Made by a program: the position numbers and the translations under genes. A stretch of DNA of 64,000 nucleotides from Camelus ferus (Eukaryota), in contig NC_045706.1 in NCBI RefSeq assembly GCF_009834535.1, positions 70,928,001 through 70,992,000 on the forward strand, in the 5' to 3' direction. Position 1 is the first letter of the stretch, and each line of letters begins with the position of its first letter. A model generated the notes under the pieces. The model did no database searches, had not been told where the DNA came from, and saw nothing but the letters and a program-made list of their open reading frames with translations. Shown here one piece after another: positions 25,676 to 34,700 of the stretch.

Positions 25676-26713
25676 GTGGGTGCATCGTGGGAGTGGGGCC
25701 AAGGGAGGTGGGTGACCCCGGGCCGGGGGGCAGAGGGAGGTTGTGCCGCTCTGGGGACAGGCTGTGCTCACCCCTGCTGCCCTACAGCTTCTGGGCCGCA
25801 TAGTAACGGCTGCTGCGTCTCCCAGGGAGGTGAGAGCATCCCAGGCTGGTGGGCCGGCAGCTCCCCATTCCCCGCCAGCTGTCAAGAGAAGCCACGAAGC
25901 AGGCATTATGGGTCGCTGACGCAGCCTCCCGCAGGTCCCCCAGGTCACCCGTGGGGGTGACCGTGGGCGTGACACTGGGCTGTGTTTGAGCAGCATCACT
26001 TTAGCTTCTGGGATTCTGCGAAAACTCTATTCTGATGGGCAGGAAAAACAATCGCCTTTGTCATTTTGACAGTATCTTCCTTAGAAGTTCATCACTTGCT
26101 TGGGGTTTTTTGGGTGTCGTGTTTCTATCATCATTAATTTCCCCTGGGATTTAAAGTCCATTCATAACAGGGATTTGTTTAGCTAGGAGGCTGTATGTAA
26201 GTTAACCTGCAGCTAAAACATCATGAAACTGCAGAAAAGGAAATTGCAATGACAAAGGGACACTTTACCAAAGTATTTACAGTTGTGGCGTTATTTGAAA
26301 AGTCCCCTGTGTTCCTTCACAGTAAGACATCTTTCCTCTTTGCTACTGAGGGAACATTGCCGGGGAGCTCAGGTGTCTGTGTGTGTGTCTGCATGTGTGC
26401 GGTGGGTGTATATGTGATGTGTGTTTGATACGTACGCGTGTGTGTCTTTAGGGTCTGTTGTTCATTCATTCCCGCCCCTGAGTCCCCCCCACACCTAAGT
26501 CACGTTACGTCTCAGTGACAATTACAATCCAGGGACTCAAGTACTTGGGTGTCATTATCCCACTGAGGTGTGGAGGGTGTAGGAAGCCCCCCTCTTCCAG
26601 TGTTGTGTCCAGGTGCTTAGAGGAGAGGTTTGGAATTGACCTTGTCAGCTGAGGGCAAGTTTGAGCTGGACTTTGCTCCCTGACGGGCGGGGCCGGAGCA
26701 AGTCCAGGCTCCT

Positions 26714-26743
26714 GTGCCGGTGCCGGTGCCGGTGCCGGTGCCG
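26714..26743. repeat. (GTGCCG)5 hexamer repeat
   Basis: Five perfect copies. Confidence 0.95.
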
Positions 26744-27013
26744 GAGCTGCTACCCACCAGGCTAGCTGAGGTGACGGGCTCTGGACGGACGTCCTGAAGC
26801 AGGACATCTGCGCTGGTCTGAGCGGGGTGAAACGAGGGAGTGACGAGAAAGAGACTGCATGTGGGGAGGTGAGGGGAAAGCCTGCGGTGAGATCCGAGAT
26901 GACAGACCTGAAAGCTCCAGTCTCAGGGGTGGGGGCCCGTGGATCAGACACCAGTGGGATGAGGCAGCAGGCTACCCAGGGGGCAGGAGAGAAAACTGGG
27001 CGGGTTGATTTTT

Positions 27014-27143
27014 TGTTTTGGTGGTTTATTTAATTTTTTTTTTTGGAGGAGGGTGGTAATTAGGTTTATTTAGGTATTTTTTTAGTTAATTTTTTTTTAG
27101 TGGAGGTACTGGGGATTGAACCCAGGACTTTGTGCACTGGACA
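27014..27143 (-). mobile_element. 5'-truncated Vic-1-like SINE
   Basis: Contains the B box half and tail only. 11-bp TSD GGTTGATTTTT at 27003-27013 and 27144-27154, with a TT|AAAA L1-endonuclease site on the minus strand. Confidence 0.85.
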
Positions 27144-27517
27144 GGTTGATTTTTAAATATGCTGAAACTGGTGTTTGTGTTCCGCTCAGTTCCAGTTCCC
27201 ATTTCTAAAGGACGTACTCGGTTATACATCGTAAATTCCCAAACCCTAGATGCCCTTAAAAGTCCCAAGGAGTGTGCCCACAGCGTCCCTGTAGACCGAC
27301 CCCCACCCCCAGGCCCCTGGTCCCTCCCGGGGCCTGTGGGCAGAGCTCCCAGCAAGGGGCGTGTGAGCCCCTGTGAGCCAGGCTGGGTGGAGACCCTGGG
27401 CGTGGCCGGCTGGGGCTTGCAGAGCTCAGGCTGTGTGGCCAGCATGCTCCCCACGGGGAACCCTTTTCCTGGTCCATATCCTAGAATCAACTTTTTTAAT
27501 TTTGCTTTTTAAAAAAT

Positions 27518-27670
27518 TGTTTTAGTTGCTTTTGTTGGGGGAGGGGGTGCTTAGTTTTTTTTGATTAGTTGATTGATTGACTGATTGATTGATGGAGGTA
27601 CTGGGGACTGAACCCAGGACCTCGTACATGCAAAGCATGTGCTCTGCCGCTGAGCTCTGCCCTCCCCCCC
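27518..27670 (-). mobile_element. Vic-1-like SINE, TGC-anticodon variant
   Basis: Reverse complement gggagggcagagctcagcggcagagcacatgctttgcatgtacgaggtcctgggttcagtccccagtacctcca plus a (CAAT)n-rich tail. Confidence 0.88.
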
Positions 27671-27739
27671 ATTTGTTTTTTAATGAAAGGAGATGCTTTT
27701 CCTTCCAGTGTACTTCAAAGACATGATTTTTAAAAACCA

Positions 27740-28560
27740 CCTCTTAGGATGTAGCATAATTTCTTTATCTCACCTCTATTAATGCTCGTTTTATTCACAG
27801 TGTGAATTATGGTGCAGTGAAGATCTTCATACGTAAATCTTTGGGTACATCTTTGATTATTTCCTCAAGATAAACCTAAAAGTAGAAAGACTGGGTCAAA
27901 GAATCTGAATGTGTTTTAAAGGCTTTTGATGTGGCATTTTGCCAGAGGCTGTATTACAACCCCTGCAGTGAGTCATGGAGGGACTGGCGTCTTTCCTACT
28001 TCACCAGCACTATTTTTTTTCTTTTCTAAATTTGTCAGTCTGATGGCTGAAAAGGCTACAAAATTTTAAACATAAATTGCCGTGACTATTGGTGAAGGTT
28101 GACCACCTTGCCATGTATTTATCAGCTAATTTTCAGTAATTTCTTTGTATTCTTCTCAATTTTTCTGTTGAGGTATTTGTCTTCTGAATTTGACAGCACT
28201 TGTCATGCCTATAGCAACTATTTTTCTGCATTCATATTCCTTCTGGTTCTATTTAAGCTTAGTGTTTGTAACACACAAAGGGTGTTCATGTCTGCGTACC
28301 ATGTGGGCTTGTCACATTCTGTGCTCTCATGCTTTAAAAGCCCCCGCTCTGTCCCAAAGCCGGTGAGTCTAGGTTCGCCTGGTTGTTTCGTGGTGTGATT
28401 TTGTTCTCTTGGTGGTGACCCCCTAGGAATTTATTTTGATACATGGCAACAGTGGGGCTGCTACTGTTTTTTCGGTTTGCTTTTGTTTTTTAATTAAGTG
28501 CCAAGGTTTGATTGACCAAGCAGCCCCTACCTCTGTACCTGAACCATTCATCAAAGAACC
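27740..28560 (-). mobile_element. Old, diverged L1 (L1ME-like) fragment
   Basis: AT-rich sequence with degenerate reverse L1 ORF2-3'/UTR motifs (ttatttcctcaagataaacctaaaagtag...ctgggtcaaag). Confidence 0.55.
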
Positions 28561-31212
28561 CTTCCATTCCTTCCCTGTTTGAACTGTCACCCAGATGACA
28601 AAGTCTCCATAAAGACTCTTCTCAGCTTCACACTCTCTTCTACTGTGACCATATCTACTCTTCGAAAAGTTGAGCAGAATTTCCAATTTTAGAAAATGTG
28701 TAACGAGTTATGAACATTGGGGAACTGGTCTCGTCTCCTTTACTGCAGCTCCTAAGGGGAAATGAGCCCTCTTTCAGAGAGGCTGAGCGCATGCACCGGC
28801 TTTTTAAAAGCCACACACTGTCACTTGCTGAGGGATGTCCCCACAGAGAACCAAATCCATTGGCTTTTCTTCCAGAATCCATTAGGAGTCTGTCATCTCT
28901 TCATCTCCATCCAGCTCCCTCTTTACCCAATTAAGGATTCAGATTCCATGAGACGAACGTAAATCCGGAAGGTCCACATGAGACCGTGAGTCGGGGCCCG
29001 ACTCACGCACTCCGACTGACAAAATGGCAGAAGGAATGTCAACCCAGCCACGAGAAGCCCGGGGGAGGCGGGAGGCCGGGCCCCCTGCAGGGTGGAGACA
29101 CATGGCTCTCTCACAGGCCCGTGTAGGCCTACACAGTGTCCCAGGGGTAGACATGTAGGGTCTGTGCACAGGTTCACATACGGCTGTGAGTGTCCAGCGC
29201 GAGCCAGGGAGCCCTGCACACAGCATTCCTGGTTACAGCATCGGCAGAGACAGCACGTATCAGATAACCTCTTGTCAACGTTTCCACTGGCTACAGCTTT
29301 TCAGTCCCCAGAAAAGGATCTTACAGGACAGCAGTCGTATCCCTGGCAGATGGAATAGTGTCCAAAATCCAACATAGCCCCAGGGAGGAGGGTGGCCTGG
29401 TTTATAAAATCCTCAGAGACTGATGCAGACCTGGCTTTTGAAGCCACTCTCCTGAGATTTCAAGCTCATGTTATGTTAAGAAGGGTGAAGGGATGGCGAG
29501 GACACGGGGAGAGAAAGCAGGCCCCCCGCGGCTGAGTGTCTGGGGCAGAGGCAGCCCTGGAGCTGCGGCCCTGGTGGTGCTGAAACCAGGCAGGGAGCTC
29601 CGGGACCTCGGCCAGCACCGCGTCCCTAGAGAGAGGGCCTGCCCCGCTGGGCGCCCTGGTGACTCAGAGCGAGTCGTCCTCCGCTTCTGGGAAAAGAATA
29701 GAGGGGATTTTGTCTCTTTCTGGGATGGTCTGGCCTGCTCACATCCGCATGGACTCCATGGAGCCCTAAAAGGGGCCTCGTTAGCCCCAGAGGAGGCTGG
29801 AGGTGAAAGTCAGACGAATTAAAATAGAGCTGGAGCTGGGAGACCCGCCACGGCCGTGTGCCTGGGCCGGAGTGGGGATCTGGGGCCTTCGCCCACTAGG
29901 ACTTGAGGTCGGGCACGGGGACGGGTCCCCCCAGGAATGGTGTTGCAGAGAGACAGCCCTCCTTGGAGGAAAAGAGCCCCAGCCTTGGAGAACGCTCGAG
30001 CGGCTACACCTCCTGACAGGAGAGCCTCTGTGAAGGGACAGAGCATCCCTAAGCAGACACGTCCAGAATCCTCCCGCCAGGAGAGGCCCCGCCCTGGGCA
30101 CCAAGGTCCTCTGACCTCCGGAAGCTTTAGGAGTGTGTTGCCTGGTCCCACCCCAGGCCTCCCCAGACCGCACCTCTAGGAGTAGACATCTCAATCTCTC
30201 ACAGGATGTCCAGGTTTTTTTTTTAGTACGAAAAATTGGTATTTGGGGAGCAGGGGCAGGAGACAAAAAAGACAGATCTTAGCTTAGGGCTCAGCCTCTG
30301 CAAATGGATGTGTGTGGTTCTTGTCCACGGCCTGTCCCTCGGTGAGATGCCGTGTTTACTTCTTCTGTGTCCGTTTACATCGTACTGAAACTTCACAGTC
30401 CTTGAACGAACCCCTTTTTTAAAACTGGCGCCGTTCTGATCACGTCATGCTGCAGGGGAGGCCGTCAGAGGAAACGGTGTGTGACCCCAACCACACCTGA
30501 ATGCACATGGCTCCCTGGAAGAGGGCGTCCTTCCCTGTCCCCCGAATCCCCTCTGGGGCACATGGACACCCGCACAGGGCTGGGCTCGGCAGCAGTGGGG
30601 TGCGGAGGGCTGGTCAGTCTCATTTGGCTTCTCACGCCTGCTCGGTGGGACGTTTGAATCTTGCCGACACTTTGGCAGGGGCCCTGGGGCGCGTTCCTGT
30701 TGGTATTTAGTAGGAAGAGGCATTTGAAGGCATGTCAGAGAGCAAGCTTCAGGGGCGGCTGGATATAAAGGGTTCCTTCCACTCAGTCCCCCAGTCCTGG
30801 GAGGCCTGAAACTGCAGGGCCTGGGGTCAGGGCAGCTCCTGGTTCCTCTGAGCCTCTGGTTCCTCCCTCTGCCTGATGGAGGCCGGCAGAGCAGGCAGAG
30901 ACGGCTGATCCCCGGTCTCCCCAACCTCCGCGGCCTCCTCCTCCCAGCCCCGCTCAGGCCCCTGGAAAGAGTTGGAGCCCGAGGGAGTGAGATGGGGGAA
31001 ACTGAGTCCTGATCTCCTCCTGTGCTCTCAAGGCCCCATCGGGGGCAGGAGCGCCTCCCCACCTAAGGCCACCTTCCTGCCGTCACGCCCCCGCCATCCT
31101 CAGCTGGGCGTTGATGGTGGTTCTCCTCCATCTCCTCCCCTGCGCTCCGTTCTGTGAGTCGGGGTCTGTGGGAGGAGGGTCAGAAGGGAACTGCCCTCTC
31201 TGTTGCCCGCAG

Positions 31213-31318
31213 GAGCGATCATCAGGAGGCGGGCTGGGCAGATCCCCTGCCCCCTGGCCGTCGAGGCGTTCGCCGCCCACCTCAGCTACATCTGCAAGTA
31301 CGACGACAAGTACAGCAA
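31213..31318 (+). CDS. PGBD5: PGBD5 coding exon 6, 106 nt, phase 1 to 2
   Basis: ttgcccgcag|GA GCG ATC ... TAC AGC AA|gtgagt. Encodes (G)[34 protein letters not shown](K). Confidence 0.97.
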
Positions 31319-32708
31319 GTGAGTGGGCGCACTCGTCCGCGGGGGCCGGCGCCGCGGGCGGGGGCTGGGCGAGCAGGCTCCCCGCTCTCAGAGCCGAGAC
31401 ATGAGGGCCCTGTGAGGTAAACCCCTGAGGCCTCAGTCCGGCAGCCACCCCAGCCCACCCCGGCCCACGCAGCCCCCACCTCTGGACACCCCTCCCCCTC
31501 CCTCGCCCTTCCCTCCACTTCTGCAAACCTTGGACCCCTCCCCCTCTGGGTCCCTCCGGCCCAGGCCAGCCTCCTGCCCTCCCCGCCCGCAGACCACTCG
31601 CTTGGGCCCCAGGTGTCGTCACGCTGAGCCGCGGGTTTTCCATCACTGGTTACTTAATTATCTCACGTCCGGATGGACACCGGCATCAGCTGTGGTGTCA
31701 CAGTCAGTGCACGGTGTGGACCACACGCACAGCGCCACCTCCGGGTGAGCTCTCCTGTCCACAGCTGGAGCTGAAGAAGTGATCACTGCCAAACCTCAGT
31801 CTGACTATTAAATTACTGGGATGGAGCCTCCCCACCTAAAACAGGGTTGGGCTAACCCAAAGGCAGCCGGGCACTTCCTCAGCCCGCTCCGAGGGTAATC
31901 GGCATCTCCCGGGCTGCCGGTTGGTGGAGAGGGAAACACCGGGACCTGGTGTCCTGGAAACCCCAGGTGTGCAGGGGAGCCCTGCTCCTGGGGAAGTCAC
32001 GGGACGGAGGCTGTGCAGCACCTCCCGTGTGCCTAGCGCCTTGCTGGCACGTGAGGTGGTTACAAAGACATCTGCACGGATTGAGGAGACACCTGCCGGA
32101 CAGCTCTTGCTGGGCGCTTCGGTGGCACTGAGGCTGCAAAGCCGCAACCTCTTGGCATTCAGGGTACGAAGCCACGTGTGCAGATGGAGGACACAGCACA
32201 GGATGGGTCCTGAGTTGCGGGGCCCCAGGGAGCACTGTCCTCAGTCTTGGGCGGAAAAGGCTTTCCCTGAGGCGACATCTGTCCTCGGTCTCACGGAAGG
32301 TGGGGGCAATGAGGAGGTGTGTGTTCAGGGAGGAGGGAGCACCGTGGAGATGGTTCAGGGTGCACAGAGCACAGCGGCTGAGCAGGGCCCCTAACAAGCA
32401 GGGAAGCCCCACGGGCCCGGCCCCTCCGGAGCTCTGGGCCACCCTGCAGGAGGCCTGGCTCCTGGTTTCAGCATCCCCTGCAGTGACCCGCCTCCTCCCA
32501 CCTGATCCTTTGATGGGCTTGTTTTCATCCTGGTCTGAAGTTCCCGTACCAGAGCCTCAGCGAGAGCTGACCCCTCCGGCCCGATTCCCGCCCCCGCAGC
32601 CCCTGCAGCATCTCGCCAGCCCCACGAGGCCTTCCGGGAATCTCTCCCTGGGACGGGGTGCCCAGGAGCCTTCCCAGCCCTCCTTTCTTATGCCCTCTGT
32701 CCTCGCAG

Positions 32709-32904
32709 GTATTTCATTTCTCATAAACCAAACAAGACCTGGCAGCAGGTGTTCTGGTTTGCCGTCAGCATCGCCGTCAACAACGCCTACATCCTGTACA
32801 AGATGTCAGATGCCTACCACGTGAAGAGGTACAGCCGGGCGCAGTTTGGTGACAGACTCGTGCGGGAGCTGCTGGGCCTGGAGGACACATCGCCAGCCCA
32901 CTGA
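32709..32904 (+). CDS. PGBD5: PGBD5 terminal coding exon 7, through the TGA stop
   Basis: gtcctcgcag|G TAT TTC ... GCC CAC TGA (32902-32904). Encodes (K)[64 protein letters not shown]. There is no C-terminal cysteine-rich domain, as is known for PGBD5. Confidence 0.97.
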
Positions 32905-34700
32905 GGCCACGGGCGGGTGCGGCCCCGGTTAGGTAAGGACCAGGTCAAGGGAGGGGAGGGGGAGCCTGCCATCCGACCTGCCCAGCCAGAGACCCGGAGA
33001 TGCCCTGCGTGTGTCTGCAGCCCGGGAGGGGCGCTCGGGGCCTCTGGAGGGACCAGGATGGACCTGGTCAGAGGATGGCGCTGTCCTGGCTTCCATGCAA
33101 AGAAGAGCACGTCCTCCCTCCGGAGAGCGGCCACCCCCAGACCTTCCGTGATGACAGAGCAGGGCGCTCCACCCTCACGACTCCCGCGGAGGCTTCAGGA
33201 GAGCGGGCTCAGCACAGGGACCTGGGAGGCCGCTGCCACCGGTGCCGCCAGGGATAAGCTGAGCCGAAGCACGTTCTGCCCTGTAAAGATGGGAGGACGC
33301 TGGTGATGTGGCACAGTGTCACGCTGTGTCTGGAGGTGATGGGAAGTGAGCCAGGACTGGCTCCACGTGGCCAAGATCGTTCAGGTGTGTGTCAGAGCCC
33401 AGAGGGTTTTCCAGCGTTTGCCTCGTGCGGGCAGCTACAAATGGGGCTCGTAGAAGAAGAAACACAAACTGGGGCAATTCAAAGGCAGCGGTGGCCCGTT
33501 CTGGGACACAGACGCCTTCCTGCCCGTTTCCCCTGAGGCTGGTGGATGGGGGAGGTAGGGAAAACACCAACAGAATGGCAGTGAAGTGGGATGCTGTTTT
33601 TTATTTTTAAATATATCTTCAGGTTATTTTCTTACTGTGGCTTCAGATCTTCTGTAAAAGGATACGTCCCTCTTGTTTTCTGTCCTCCCTCTTTTGCCCC
33701 AGCCCAGTCACGGCTCCTTGCATGATCACTGTCTGGGGCCCGGGCCTCGGCCCAGAAACGGTGGCCTGTGTCCAGAGCAGACATGGTTTCCCCTGTCGGG
33801 TCCACGGGGGCCGCGGGCTTCGAGCTTTTCACGGATGTCATCTCTGGGAGAGAGTCATTTGTTTTGCAAAATACGTAGCATGGCTGAGACAGACACCCAA
33901 ATGTCTGTCTCTCTGGTTGACCGCTTGCTAATTCTCGCTCCCTCGGGTGGGGTCACCGGGCAGTGTCTACCAGGCTCGCTGCACCCCTGAGAACTGTGTG
34001 GTGGCATCCACAAAGTCCCCTCTCCCAGCTTGGTTGGGTGTGATACCCGTGGGGCCGGGGGCCTGCGCATCACGGGCCTGAAAGGCCGACATGACAAGCA
34101 GCTGACAGCAAGATCTCTGTGTACTCCCCGGGACACTGGGGCCTTTCTGGACCAAGGGGCCCAGGTCTCCCTCGGAGACCTGGACCAAAACCTCGGCCAG
34201 GGTGGTCGGCCAGTGTGGCTGTCCCCACAGACAAGAAGCAAGTCATTTCTGGAGTTGACATGATCCCCCCTCAACCCAGTTCCTGTGCCCCCACCTCATT
34301 TTTACAGATGCAAAAACTCAGGCTTTGGGACTTTCTTCCTTGTTCTCACCCAGTGAATTAAGTGTCGCCAGCAGCATGCTCCTCACCCACTTCCTTTCTG
34401 TACCCAGGCTCACGATGGTCACCTCGCCCTGTGGTTTTAATTCGATGCCACGGATTGTAGGCCAAATTTTAAATTGCGTTTCAGAACACCTTTGCCGTGT
34501 CCTTGAATTGGATCGAAAGCACTTTTACCACATGGAGAAATATATTTTTAATTTGTGATGCTTTTCTACAAGGTCCACTATTTCTGAGTTTAATGCGTTT
34601 CCAACACTTAGGGAGACTCTGATGAAAGCTGATGGGTTTTCTTTTCTGTCCAAATAAGTCAAAGAAAAAAAAAATAAAAGTCTATTTAGATGTTGGCTTT
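32905..34700 (+). other. PGBD5: PGBD5 3'UTR (proximal poly(A) form)
   Basis: Runs from the stop codon to the first well-contexted AATAAA; the 3' end is approximate. Confidence 0.65.
34673..34678 (+). terminator. Polyadenylation signal AATAAA
   Basis: AATAAA followed ~15-30 nt later by a GU/U-rich tract (gttggcttttgttaatatgtgagttttttt), with a U-rich upstream region. Confidence 0.7.

Noticed and set aside
25943-25962. Hairpin GGTCACCC-GTGG-GGGTGACC
   Set aside because: An 8-bp stem is expected by chance in GC-rich 64-kb sequence.
29564-29584. REST/NRSF RE1 site (expected for a neuronal gene)
   Set aside because: Only one half-site (GGTGCTGAA) matches; the other half does not.
2077-32904. 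Active or mobile piggyBac transposon
   Set aside because: The ORF is split by five long spliceosomal introns in this window, lacks the C-terminal cysteine-rich domain, and I saw no TTAA-flanked terminal inverted repeats. This is the domesticated host gene.
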